From: a virus
Lineage: Duplodnaviria > Caudoviricetes
Length of the DNA stretch: 58,488 nt
Reading direction: 5' to 3' (one strand)
Virus record (IMG/VR): IMGVR_UViG_3300032605_001675
Coordinates: 1 to 58,488 of that record
Shown here in pieces: positions 1-9,589 of this stretch. The number at the start of each line of letters is the position of its first letter. Position 1 is the first letter of the stretch. The notes beneath the pieces were generated by a model. The model searched no databases. It was not told the DNA's origin and saw nothing but the letters and a program-made list of their open reading frames with translations. The translations under genes were made by a program, and so were the position numbers.

Positions 1-357
1 GTTTCGGAAGCTCACTTCTACTTTCTCCAAGGTTGTGAAACCTAAATGGATTAGCATATTCTGAATGATTGAGTGAAAAGCTGAACCGACCTGGAAGGTC
101 ATTGCGAGTGTTGGACTGATTCGTTCTTCTTGTAATAGGGGCCTCCATTCGGGGTGGAACTTATAATAGAGTTTTAGTTCTCCGGCTTCAATATCACTAC
201 TAGGGTGATACATATTGTCGAATACTCTAGGATAATTAAAAATCTTTACTGGATACTCATCGGGTACAAAGTCACCCTTCATTAGTGCCTGCTCCAAGTA
301 TGGAGTAATAGGCTCTTGACTCTGATAACTGGCCAGAGTTCTTTCTAGGAAACTCAC
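1..357 (-). CDS. Cas4-like / PD-(D/E)XK exonuclease, N-terminal part (runs off window edge)
   Basis: Manual translation from GTG at 357: MSFLERTLAS...MYHPSSD...MTFQVGSAFHSIIQ; HPSS and GxxxH motifs typical of phage Cas4-like nucleases; follows recA/resolvase; not in the ORF track because it is truncated. Confidence 0.55.
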   Translation of the reverse strand, partial: MSFLERTLASYQSQEPITPYLEQALMKGDFVPDEYPVKIFNYPRVFDNMYHPSSDIEAGELKLYYKFHPEWRPLLQEERISPTLAMTFQVGSAFHSIIQNMLIHLGFTTLEKVEVSFRN

Positions 358-396
358 TTGTCCTTCTTCTTCCTTCTCATAGTAATCTCAGTTACA

Positions 397-425
397 ATTG
401 TAGTACCAACTATCATAAAGATCAA
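397..425 (-). promoter_or_regulatory. sigma70/SigA-type promoter TTGATC-N17-TACAAT
   Basis: Exact 6-17-6 spacing on the minus strand in the intergenic gap; member of a recurring family in this window. Confidence 0.65.
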
Positions 426-435
426 GTCAATAAAC

Positions 436-651
436 TTATTTGCTAGCATCTTTTCTCCAGTGTAGAAAGCTCTTGATATAAGCGGCACTATAGAGTATTA
501 CAGCAAAGATAAATCCATACTGATGAGTAGTAACGGCATAGATGGTCCAGAGGGTTTCACTTAACATTAAGATGAACCAACCCCAGATGTTCTTTTTACC
601 TACTACATAAATACCCAGGGAACCAATAATTGCTAGAGTCCAACTCCACAT
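436..651 (-). CDS. small PnuC-like membrane protein
   Basis: 71 aa hydrophobic, K-x-x-WGW and QYG motifs typical of short phage PnuC-like proteins. Confidence 0.55.
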   Translation of the reverse strand: MWSWTLAIIGSLGIYVVGKKNIWGWFILMLSETLWTIYAVTTHQYGFIFAVILYSAAYIKSFLHWRKDASK

Positions 652-1073
652 TAATTTTCTAGTTCCTTGAGTCTTAGATAGTCAGCATACAGTTCCAAGA
701 AGTCATCTTTATCAAGAACCACTACATCGAGTTCTACGGGAAGAGTTTCTGGAGTGTTTTCTCTTTCACCCCATTCGGTCATCTCAATAGTAGGACCATA
801 TAGTCTTACAGCAAGGACCGGACGACTCAACCAACTTTTATTCTGGGCATGACTTTTAACAGTATTCCAAATAGTTTTCGTTATACTAAAAGATGAACTT
901 TGAGTGCTTTTACATTCTATCATGAACTCCATCCCCTGGAATTCGGCAGTCTGTAGATCAGCTTTCTCCCACTTGGCTCCAGAACCAATAGTTCTCTTGG
1001 CCTTGGGCCATTCTGCTTCGAGTTCACGCTCTTGACGTTGACTCATTTTAGTTTGGAACTTGCCCATGTTCAC
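651..1073 (-). CDS. Holliday junction resolvase-like PD-(D/E)XK nuclease
   Basis: E...GSGA..KAD...IECK motif; downstream of recA. Confidence 0.7.
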   Translation of the reverse strand: MNMGKFQTKMSQRQERELEAEWPKAKRTIGSGAKWEKADLQTAEFQGMEFMIECKSTQSSSFSITKTIWNTVKSHAQNKSWLSRPVLAVRLYGPTIEMTEWGERENTPETLPVELDVVVLDKDDFLELYADYLRLKELEN

Positions 1074-1220
1074 TTTCTATAAGTTTAATCCAACCCATTA
1101 CAACCTGGTAGGCATCATAACGACCATCATCATAGCTGTATAGTCCACGACCATGATGCTCTTTACGATAATTCTCGATGTTGCCGAGTGCCTTACCAAT
1201 TAGCTCTTTAAGCTCTTCCA

Positions 1221-2333
1221 TTATACCTCTGCATCATGGATATCTTCACTACTATCCGTAATAGGACGACCAAAGTATTCATCATCTTGATCATTAAGAA
1301 CTAAAACATTACCATTCTTAATAGTATTGGTAATTTCTTGAGCAAATTCTTCTCCACGACCTTGACTCCAGATCTCTTCAAAGAAACTATCTCTACCCTG
1401 GGCCTTGATATCCTTCCAAGAGAACCATGCTCCTTGACGCTTGGCCACTCCAAGAAGAATACCCATTCGAGCTAGGTCTCTACGAGTATCAATACCCGGG
1501 TGATCTAGAGCAGTGCAGGGTTGATTGTAGAAGTCCGTCCAACCTTCACGGAAAGGGGGACCATAACTATTCTTAACGGTCTTCATAACTACAGGGTTAC
1601 CGACCTGGACATTTTCTCCATTGACCTTATCGAAGTATTTATCACTTCCGGGCCTTAGGTACATTCTAACACTCATAGCATGCTTAACGGCATTACCACC
1701 TGGAGTCATAGGACGATTATATCCGTCCATATCCTGACGAAGTTGGTTGAGATAGAATACAGTAACATCATATAGATTGGCCAATGGAGCAACTGTTTGA
1801 ACGTTTCTCTTCATAACGGCAGCATTACCACCAATCTTATCATTCTTATCGTTGAGCTCATTCATGGAGTGTTTGGTAGCTGCTCCACCCACTGAGTCCC
1901 AAACAATAGCACAGATTTGCTTGCTCTTGATTAATCGAACCATCATATCGGTTCCAGTTTCAGCATCTGGTGGCTGAACTACAATTAGACTCTCATCTAC
2001 CTTGAGTCCTAGTGCCTCTGCCCATTCGGGATTAAATCGGTGCTCCAGGTCAATAATGGCCACCATCTTTTCACCCTTGTAGTAGTCATAGCAATCCTTG
2101 AGTGCCATAAAAGCAAAACTACTCTTACCCGAGTGTTCCTTACCAAAGAATTCGATTAGCTTACCTTCAGGCCATCCACCCACAGCAAGAAGATAATCTA
2201 ATGCTGGAGAGAAAGTTGGAATTGCCTTAATCTTCTCAATATTATTACCTCTTAGTGCTAGAGGCTTACTACCTTCTGGTGTAAACTTATTGAGATCAGC
2301 AATAAGCTTATCCATTTCATCGCCACGGGCCAT
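1221..2333 (-). CDS. recA: RecA/UvsX-like recombinase
   Basis: GGWPEGKLIEFFGKEHSGKS Walker A, IDLEH, WDSV, NQLR, TPGGNAVKH, GAWF motifs. Confidence 0.95.
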   Translation of the reverse strand: MARGDEMDKLIADLNKFTPEGSKPLALRGNNIEKIKAIPTFSPALDYLLAVGGWPEGKLIEFFGKEHSGKSSFAFMALKDCYDYYKGEKMVAIIDLEHRFNPEWAEALGLKVDESLIVVQPPDAETGTDMMVRLIKSKQICAIVWDSVGGAATKHSMNELNDKNDKIGGNAAVMKRNVQTVAPLANLYDVTVFYLNQLRQDMDGYNRPMTPGGNAVKHAMSVRMYLRPGSDKYFDKVNGENVQVGNPVVMKTVKNSYGPPFREGWTDFYNQPCTALDHPGIDTRRDLARMGILLGVAKRQGAWFSWKDIKAQGRDSFFEEIWSQGRGEEFAQEITNTIKNGNVLVLNDQDDEYFGRPITDSSEDIHDAEV

Positions 2334-2342
2334 GATCTTCCT

Positions 2343-2645
2343 TTATTTAGTTTCTAGTATTTTAGTGGTTTCTTCATTATTAATCAACTGACAGCATCCA
2401 TCACATTCGTGGACTCCGTCATCGTATCCTTGAATTACTCTATACTCATCTGGGTCTGGATGCCCAATTCCATGGGTACAGATTCGTTCCATAATTCCTC
2501 TATCATATCTCCAGATTTGAGGACGGTTTCTCATATGGTGGTCACTACGGTTGTGAATAGTGCAATACTCTCCAATACAGGTACCCTCTTCATGGACTCC
2601 TGCAAGTCTCATTGCACTATGCTCTAATTCGAAATACTTGCTCAT
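2343..2645 (-). CDS. hypothetical His/Cys-rich phage protein
   Basis: ORF track; CTIH, ERICTHGIGHPDPD, HECDGCC. Confidence 0.6.
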   Translation of the reverse strand: MSKYFELEHSAMRLAGVHEEGTCIGEYCTIHNRSDHHMRNRPQIWRYDRGIMERICTHGIGHPDPDEYRVIQGYDDGVHECDGCCQLINNEETTKILETK

Positions 2646-2809
2646 TCTTCTTCAGGTTCGGCTATATAAGGGTGAAAGGGGTGACACTTTAAATCATAGT
2701 TAGTGGGGTTATTATGTACCCAAGTTCCACTAGTGCCTTGAATAATCTCTCGAATATCCCCTAGTTTACGCTTACAGTTTCTACAGTTGGCTTTCTTGTA
2801 TTCAGTCAT
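2642..2809 (-). CDS. small CxxC protein (family CxxC...WxH...AEP)
   Basis: Manual translation MTEYKKANCRNCKRKL...GTWVH...C...AEPEEE; ATGA overlap with the downstream gene. Confidence 0.5.
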   Translation of the reverse strand: MTEYKKANCRNCKRKLGDIREIIQGTSGTWVHNNPTNYDLKCHPFHPYIAEPEEE

Positions 2810-3111
2810 CTTGTTTCTCCACTGGGTCAGTGAGTAAATCGATTAAAGGTTTAAGATCTTCATGCTTGTGTCTAATAAAGTCTATGGCTCTATGAAAGTA
2901 GACATTGCAACTACTACAGAAGTGCTTGAAACTCATGTTGAAACCTTGCCATTGCAACCCTTTTTAACACAGTGACCATCTAGTCTCTTATTGTGACTAC
3001 AAGGGTTGGACTCTTGAGGAATAAGTCGTTCCTTACAGTCCGGACAGAAGTAGCTATAGTAGGGTTTAAAGGTACCATATTCACTGGTTGTACCATGCTT
3101 ACAGACATCCA

Positions 3112-6100
3112 TTATGCTTTCTCCTTAAGTAGGTCTAGTCTAAAGATATTTTTCAAACTCAATCCACTGGCCATCTTTTCAATCTCGAGAAGTACAGGAC
3201 TACCCACTTCAATCTGTTCTCCTACCCGCTTAAAGGTATCCGGAAAAGCTACAATCTGAATACTCTCATCCTTAGTAGAAGAACCTTCATCATCTTGGTC
3301 ATCATAGTCCTCGATCTCTGCTGAGCTACCCAAGGGAAGTTCAATCCAGAACTGGCACATAGGACTTCCAGGATTCTTACCACTCTTGGTTACAAGTGGC
3401 TTGATCTTGGTAATTAGTCCACCTACCATGGACTTTTCTCCAACAAACATCTGGTCTTCACCCGGGAAGGTATCTTCCTCGATTATGAGATTAATATAAT
3501 CTCCAAGAGGGTCGACACTAATAAGAGTACCCAGTAGTTCTCTCTCCCAAAGAGCTCTATTGCTAACGTCTTCTTGAAGATCAGCATAACAATCGAAAGC
3601 GTTAAGAGTGCCGTGGCAATGTTCACAATCATCTTTACAAACTCCATCTATGTTCTTAAAATCTTTACGAGCCTTCCAGTATTGGTAGAGTGCTGTTTTA
3701 GCATCTCCACACATACTATCGAATACTCCACACTTGATAAGAGAGATTGCTGCTCTCTTGTTGATCTTTTTACTAGGAACTCTAGCAACAAAGTCTTCCA
3801 TATTTTCGAATGGTCCTAGTTTGGCCAAGTCACTGGCTCCACTAGCAACAAACTTAACACTACTTAGACCATATCGAATACTACCACTCTTGGTTAAAGT
3901 ATAACTACTTCCACTTTCGTTAATGTCTGGACCTAGTACCGGAATACCCATTCTACGAGCTTCACGAGTATAGGTTACACTATCACTAGCATTAGTTCTA
4001 AAGAGTGCAGTCATGAACTCCTTAGGATAGTAGTGCTTTAGGTAGGCAGTCCAATAGGCCACCATGGCATATCCGTAACTATGACTCTTGTTAAATCCAT
4101 AGGTACCGAAGGCCTGCATCTCATCGAATACTTCGGCAGCAATAGTTCTACTTACACCTTGGGCAACACATCCATCGATAAAGATTACTCGTTCCTTCTT
4201 CATCTTATCAAATAGCATCTTACCCATGATCTTTCGAACACGGTCAGTTTCACTTAGAGAGTATCCAGCAAGTTCTACACAGGCCTGCATAATCTGCTCC
4301 TGGTATACAAAGGTACCATAAGTATTACCCAATACCTTTTCTAGGTTAGGGTGCTTATAGGTAACTCTTACTTTACCTTCACGCTTTCTCAAGTAGAGTT
4401 CTAGAAGGTTGAGACCGGTCTTGGCATCTTGACTTCTAGTAATACCCGGACGGCATACTGCAATCATGGTACTTAGGTCTTCAATACTTCTAGGTTCGAA
4501 TCTCTTGACCAATCCTCTTAGGTTACTGGTCTCAATCTGGAAACTACCAATATTAAATCCAGTACAGATCTCATCCCATACTTCAGAGTCATCATAATAC
4601 TTTTCCCATTCATACTGCCACTCATAGAAGTGAGGAAGAGCATCTGCTCCATGGTTTCGTTGAATAAGTTTAAAGGCATCCATTAAGGTACTTAGGGTTC
4701 TAAGACCCAGCATATCGATCTTAACAAATCCCAGACTCTCAACATCCCACATATCGAATTGGGTTCTAACATCACCATTCTTATAACGAAGAGGTAACCG
4801 ACCAATCAAACTATCTTTAGAGATTACCACTCCAGCAGCGTGAGCACTAGCATGACGAATGTGAGTTAGGAACTCGGGCATCATCTCGAATAGCTTGGGA
4901 TACTTAACCTTCCAGGGGGCTAGTTCCTTCTTATAGGCCGCCTCAACCTTATCCCAACCATAGTGACCTGCACCTTTATCCGCTATATTCCAGGTATCAT
5001 CAATGATATTACAGATCTTTTCAGTATCACCCTTATCAATAGCAAGGCCTCTACAAAGGTCTCTCATGGTCTGCTTTACACCTAGAGTATTTAGAGTACC
5101 AATACTAGCAATATTAAACTTACCATACTGCTGCTCTAGATGCTCTCGAACTAGATGACGCTCATAACGAGGGAAGTCAATATCAATGTCAGGGAGAGAA
5201 GCACGTTCGGGGTCGAGAAAACGTTCAAAGAGTAGTCCGGCTTTGAGGGGGTCGACCTCAGTAATATCCATACAGTAGGCAAGCAAACTACCACCAACAC
5301 TACCACGGCTAGGGCCGATAAGATAACCTTCATTCTTACTCCAAGTAATAATATCTTGTACGGTTAGGAAGTAACCGGGGAAACCTTGCTTACAGATAAT
5401 TTCCATCTCGTAATCCAAACGAGCACGATAACTATCTAGAAGGTTTTTATCAACATGAGGACGAATCTTTCTTTCGAATCCTTCATTAACTCTCTTGACC
5501 AGTTGCCTTTCGTCCATTTCTGGAGAGGCAAAGAATACAGGCATACTACGAGCTTCAGGAACTCTAGCATCTGCCTTAGCAGCAATCTCTGCTGTATTCT
5601 TAATGGCCTGATCTACAACACTCTCGGGAAGATAACTCAACCGTTCACGAGTTTCAGACTCACTAAAGATACAGAGTTGGTTAGGACCATATGAGAACCT
5701 ATCGGGGTCCTCCATATTCTTACCCATCTGTACTGCCGTCATTAGTTCATGAGCATACCACTGATCTGGTTCGGCATAGTGGGCATCACTTACGGCCAGT
5801 AGAGGTACAGAGAGATCATGAGCAATAGTAGCTATCTTTTCATTCCATCTATTACTCTCAGGACTTAGATAGGTGTGTAGTTCCAAGTAGAAGTTATCAC
5901 CAAAGAGAGCTTGTAAACGAGAGATTCGTTCAATAGACTTTTCTAGATTGGTACTAACATGCTTACCAATACAACCACCCATACACCCGCCGGTAACCAT
6001 TAGACCTTCAGAATACTTTTCTAATAGTTCCCAGTCGAAACGAGGATTACCATAGTAGCTACCTTCAATATAGGCCAAACTACTCAAGGCCCAAAGGTTC

Positions 6101-6399
6101 TCTAGACCTTTCTGGTTAAGGGCCACCATGGTCATATGATCATAGTTCTCACCCTTCTTACCATCTTTAACCCAACGGTCCTCGGTAAAGTAACCTTCCA
6201 TACCAAAGAGTGGCTTAATGCCTGCCTTATCGGCTTCTCTCTGGAGTCTTAGGTGGCCACTTACCTCACCGTGGTCAGTAATAGCAACTGAACCTTGGCC
6301 TAGATCTACTACTCGTTTTACCAATTGCTCTACGGTACTCAATCCATCAAGGAAAGAGTGCTCCGTATGAACATGGAGGTGGGTTAGATTATCACTCAT
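3112..6399 (-). CDS. dnaE: DNA polymerase III alpha subunit (DnaE-type, PHP domain intact)
   Basis: HLHVHTEHS, TDHG, SDAHY PHP motifs; SRGSVGGSL, FERFL, PDIDIDF catalytic motif, KIDMLGL, YQEQIM, YGFNKSH. Confidence 0.97.
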   Translation of the reverse strand: MSDNLTHLHVHTEHSFLDGLSTVEQLVKRVVDLGQGSVAITDHGEVSGHLRLQREADKAGIKPLFGMEGYFTEDRWVKDGKKGENYDHMTMVALNQKGLENLWALSSLAYIEGSYYGNPRFDWELLEKYSEGLMVTGGCMGGCIGKHVSTNLEKSIERISRLQALFGDNFYLELHTYLSPESNRWNEKIATIAHDLSVPLLAVSDAHYAEPDQWYAHELMTAVQMGKNMEDPDRFSYGPNQLCIFSESETRERLSYLPESVVDQAIKNTAEIAAKADARVPEARSMPVFFASPEMDERQLVKRVNEGFERKIRPHVDKNLLDSYRARLDYEMEIICKQGFPGYFLTVQDIITWSKNEGYLIGPSRGSVGGSLLAYCMDITEVDPLKAGLLFERFLDPERASLPDIDIDFPRYERHLVREHLEQQYGKFNIASIGTLNTLGVKQTMRDLCRGLAIDKGDTEKICNIIDDTWNIADKGAGHYGWDKVEAAYKKELAPWKVKYPKLFEMMPEFLTHIRHASAHAAGVVISKDSLIGRLPLRYKNGDVRTQFDMWDVESLGFVKIDMLGLRTLSTLMDAFKLIQRNHGADALPHFYEWQYEWEKYYDDSEVWDEICTGFNIGSFQIETSNLRGLVKRFEPRSIEDLSTMIAVCRPGITRSQDAKTGLNLLELYLRKREGKVRVTYKHPNLEKVLGNTYGTFVYQEQIMQACVELAGYSLSETDRVRKIMGKMLFDKMKKERVIFIDGCVAQGVSRTIAAEVFDEMQAFGTYGFNKSHSYGYAMVAYWTAYLKHYYPKEFMTALFRTNASDSVTYTREARRMGIPVLGPDINESGSSYTLTKSGSIRYGLSSVKFVASGASDLAKLGPFENMEDFVARVPSKKINKRAAISLIKCGVFDSMCGDAKTALYQYWKARKDFKNIDGVCKDDCEHCHGTLNAFDCYADLQEDVSNRALWERELLGTLISVDPLGDYINLIIEEDTFPGEDQMFVGEKSMVGGLITKIKPLVTKSGKNPGSPMCQFWIELPLGSSAEIEDYDDQDDEGSSTKDESIQIVAFPDTFKRVGEQIEVGSPVLLEIEKMASGLSLKNIFRLDLLKEKA

Positions 6400-6531
6400 C
6401 TTCGGATGCCTTAATAGACTTACCGCAATCGTAACATTTGCCTATAAATCCATCTCGGGGTTCCGAGTATAGATCTACATCTCGGTGAGGACAACCTTTA
6501 ATTTCGGGTTCTAGTTTCATATCTACTTACT

Positions 6532-6560
6532 AGTTTAGTATTACTCTTTGGGGATATCAA
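6532..6560 (-). promoter_or_regulatory. promoter TTGATA-N17-TAAACT
   Basis: 6-17-6 spacing upstream of a small ORF (ATG 6520) coupled to dnaE. Confidence 0.55.
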
Positions 6561-6697
6561 GAGAATCTTGTTCTCTTTTTCTACGGCGTTCTTCTAGTCT
6601 TTGAACTACTTGGTAGTCAATAATACTGGCTACAATCTGATATAGTATCATACCAAAAAAGACGTGAAACCACATCTGATGGTAAATACTATTCATA

Positions 6698-6988
6698 CTA
6701 CTCTTCTACAATAGCAAGAATGTGCTCGGCTAGGAATACTAGATACTCTTCACCATCAATCTCAATCTTTTGTGCTGCTCGTTGCTGGAACATTACACGG
6801 TCTCCTACAGAGATACCGGTAGGGATAGTTTCACCATTACCGGCCATCTTGCCAGGACCTACGGCAACTACAGTACCAATGTTAGGCATTTGAGTAGCAG
6901 TATCTGGGATAAAGAGTCCACTCTCGGTCTTTTCTTCTACTTCGGCTAGTTGTAGGATTACTTTATCGTTTAGTGCATTGAAGGACAT
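6698..6988 (-). CDS. groES: GroES/Cpn10 co-chaperonin
   Basis: LNDKVI, EEKTESGLFIPD, GTVVAVGPG, VGDRVMF, ILAIVE. Confidence 0.95.
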   Translation of the reverse strand: MSFNALNDKVILQLAEVEEKTESGLFIPDTATQMPNIGTVVAVGPGKMAGNGETIPTGISVGDRVMFQQRAAQKIEIDGEEYLVFLAEHILAIVEE

Positions 6989-7007
6989 TATTTTCTTTCT
7001 TTAAATG

Positions 7008-7130
7008 GAGTCCGGTAGAGTATACCGCAGTGTCGGACCAAAATATACTCTACCGAACCCAAACTTTAATTAGAACCCTAGTAAGGAGTGTCATCAAGAT
7101 TGGGTTGCCCCTCTCCTTACTAGAGCTCTA
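7008..7130 (-). other. two tandem long RNA hairpins in the ssb-groES intergenic region
   Basis: CGGTAGAGTATA/TATACTCTACCG (7013-7055) and CTAGTAAGGAG/CTCCTTACTAG (7078-7123); both extend with G-U pairs only on the minus strand. Confidence 0.7.
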
Positions 7131-7134
7131 AAAC

Positions 7135-7941
7135 TTATTGAAGCTTAGCTCGAAGACGATCTGCTGTGGTCTCTTCTTCCAGAGGAACATACTCGTCCTC
7201 AGCATACTCATCTTCTTCAAAACTATCTACAGTCTCAAAAGCCTCTACCTTAGGTTCGGCCTTGATTCCGTGTAGTTGAGCGGCATAGTATTCCTCACTA
7301 CCAATTCGGTTGAGGAAACCTTCAATGTCCGGAGTGAACTTAGCATAACGAGTATCAATATTCTCAATGGGCTTAGGGTCTAGAGCAAAGGCCATATAAG
7401 TGGTATCAGTACCAGCACCTTGACGCATGATCTCGATCTCACGGTCCTTAAGGCTACCATACTTCTCGGAGATAACAGCAATCTGGTTCCAGAAGTTACG
7501 CATACCCTGGGAAACAATTCCCACATATGGCTTCTTCTTAGTAACGGTCTTACCATTCTCTTCGGTTTCATAGGTACTAACTACATCACGGTAACCGGTT
7601 AGCTTCTTGGTACCATCTTCTTGGACTTCATAGACTTCTTCACGAAGAACTGCTACACCATAACCAACATCACGTCGGTAGGTCTTCTCGGCACAAAGTT
7701 CACAAGCAGCATCAAATGCCTGTCGGCAAACAAATGTCTTGGTCTTTCCATCGTGGGAGGGAACATTTTCGTGAACTGGAACAACAAAGATGTCGTTTGC
7801 ATCAGTCAAGAAACGTACTGCCTTGGTTTCTCCACCCTTCCAGTAGAACCAATTGGTCTCTACATAGTCCTTTGGAGTACTACGATTTTGGGAACGCTCT
7901 AGGCTTTCCTTTACTGCTGACATGCCTTTTTTTAGTGCCAT
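7135..7941 (-). CDS. single-stranded DNA-binding protein (gp32-like)
   Basis: VRFL, H...FVC...CELC Zn motif, RQGAGTDTTY, acidic C-terminal tail; in the replication block. Confidence 0.75.
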   Translation of the reverse strand: MALKKGMSAVKESLERSQNRSTPKDYVETNWFYWKGGETKAVRFLTDANDIFVVPVHENVPSHDGKTKTFVCRQAFDAACELCAEKTYRRDVGYGVAVLREEVYEVQEDGTKKLTGYRDVVSTYETEENGKTVTKKKPYVGIVSQGMRNFWNQIAVISEKYGSLKDREIEIMRQGAGTDTTYMAFALDPKPIENIDTRYAKFTPDIEGFLNRIGSEEYYAAQLHGIKAEPKVEAFETVDSFEEDEYAEDEYVPLEEETTADRLRAKLQ

Positions 7942-7999
7942 TTTAGTTTTCCTTTTAGTTTAGGTTTTGGTTTTATTTCGTGGCTTATAGCCGTATACT

Positions 8000-8028
8000 A
8001 GTATAAGTTCTTAATAGTTTTAAATCAA
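8000..8028 (-). promoter_or_regulatory. promoter TTGATT-N17-TATACT upstream of ssb
   Basis: 6-17-6 spacing; the -35 overlaps the primase TGA stop. Confidence 0.7.
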
Positions 8029-9026
8029 CTAATTTTGCTAAGTTCATATACAAAACTACTTAGACTTTCTGGTACTACTGTCATACTAGCAGGGTCTTCA
8101 CCGTCCGGTGTATCAATTACTTTCACCAGGGTAAAGTCTCTTAGAGCATCTACAAGGTTATGACTAGCACTACGACCTGGAGCATCTCCGTCCATAAATA
8201 CTGTTACTTCCTCAAATCCTCTAAGTATTTCTAATTGTGGTTTCGATACTTTAGCTCCAAAAGTAGCAACAACATTATTGATGCCTCTACTCTTGAGTAC
8301 CAATACACTCATAGGGCTTTCTACTACATAAATCTTCTTAAGGCCTCGAACTCCATCCATATTATAGAGTCCATACTGTCTGGGAAATCCCTTGGAGTTC
8401 TTATACTTGGCCACTCCATCTACATTCTCCACTTTTCGAGCTACCCAACCTACAAGTCGCCCATTCATAAAGTGAGGAATAGTCACTCGGTCTAGATTAA
8501 TCTGTAACTCTATCCCAGCAACTCTAGCAATCTCTCTACGGTCTCGATCAATTCCGGTCTTCATTTCTCTTTGGACCTCTACACTTACTCCACGTTCGGT
8601 TAAGTAATCTGTAGGAATAATCCATCGTTCTAGAATACGTTCATTATAGACCGGAATATCAAACTTACTTGAGGCCTCATTAATAAACATCTTGTTGAGT
8701 TTATCTACAAACTCTTCAATGGGAATTACCTTAAGGCCATCAGCATAGTTCTTGAGTTCGGCAATAGCAGTATCACGGTCAATATCCAGACAGTTCTGGA
8801 CTAACCATACAATACTTCCACCACCACAAGTGAAGCAATTAAATAGAAGACTTTCTCGATTTAGACTGGCACTAGGGTTACTGTCTCCATTCTTATGCAT
8901 CCCAAAAGGAAGCTTGCAGGAGTGGATTAACTCATTACCGTTCTCTATAATCTCATGAGCACCAATAAGATCTCTAAGGACTCCTTCGGCATCTAGTCCT
9001 CTAAATACATCACTTAACTTGATCAT
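8025..9026 (-). CDS. dnaG: DNA primase (Zn finger + TOPRIM)
   Basis: C...H...PS...FNCFTC Zn ribbon, KYKNS, YVVES, VATFG, MDGDAPG, DP motifs. Confidence 0.9.
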   Translation of the reverse strand: MIKLSDVFRGLDAEGVLRDLIGAHEIIENGNELIHSCKLPFGMHKNGDSNPSASLNRESLLFNCFTCGGGSIVWLVQNCLDIDRDTAIAELKNYADGLKVIPIEEFVDKLNKMFINEASSKFDIPVYNERILERWIIPTDYLTERGVSVEVQREMKTGIDRDRREIARVAGIELQINLDRVTIPHFMNGRLVGWVARKVENVDGVAKYKNSKGFPRQYGLYNMDGVRGLKKIYVVESPMSVLVLKSRGINNVVATFGAKVSKPQLEILRGFEEVTVFMDGDAPGRSASHNLVDALRDFTLVKVIDTPDGEDPASMTVVPESLSSFVYELSKIS

Positions 9027-9328
9027 GGAAATGGATACTCTGCTTCTAAATAGTCCAGTATAGAACCTTCAATGGCTCTATACTCTTCTAATGGTAATAT
9101 CGCTATATTAGCTTTTTCAAGAAATAATAGATCTCTACAGGCCTGAATATACCCTCTGTGCCAGGGTCGGTACCAAGGGGCTTTATCTGTAGCGTGCAAT
9201 TCAACCCAAAGTCTAAGTCCTTCAGTCAACATTACTGACCGTCCAGGAATGAGTAATATGACCATCAATACTATATGCTCGGTGCCATGGATCTCCTTCA
9301 TGAAGACTGTGGAACTCATCATATCCAC
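9023..9328 (-). CDS. hypothetical protein (true start probably further downstream, near MLTEG)
   Basis: ORF track; stop overlaps primase start. Confidence 0.4.
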   Translation of the reverse strand: MDMMSSTVFMKEIHGTEHIVLMVILLIPGRSVMLTEGLRLWVELHATDKAPWYRPWHRGYIQACRDLLFLEKANIAILPLEEYRAIEGSILDYLEAEYPFP

Positions 9329-9407
9329 AAGGCACTACAACTCCATTGGGATCACGATATTTACTAGCACATCGTCTAGGGCCAATTGGGTCTGGTACAA
9401 TTGTCAT
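9222..9407 (-). CDS. hypothetical Cys/His protein
   Basis: ORF track; ATGA coupling with upstream ORF. Confidence 0.5.
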   Translation of the reverse strand: MTIVPDPIGPRRCASKYRDPNGVVVPCGYDEFHSLHEGDPWHRAYSIDGHITHSWTVSNVD

Positions 9408-9589
9408 ACTTGTCCTTCTTTCACACTTGCTGCTAATGATATCAAGGCATCCTTAATATACTCTGTAGGCCTTATGTTCATGGCCTTGGCTTGTTGCTTA
9501 ATGTCCTGCCACTCTAATAGATTAAACTCCATTGGAATTCTAGCCATCTTCTTTTTCTTTTTACGCGGGATTCTACTCACCATCTTCAA
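9404..9589 (-). CDS. small basic ribbon-helix-helix-like protein
   Basis: RIPMEF...W..IKQQAKAMNIRPTEYIKDAL pattern resembles RHH DNA-binding proteins. Confidence 0.45.
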   Translation of the reverse strand: MKMVSRIPRKKKKKMARIPMEFNLLEWQDIKQQAKAMNIRPTEYIKDALISLAASVKEGQV

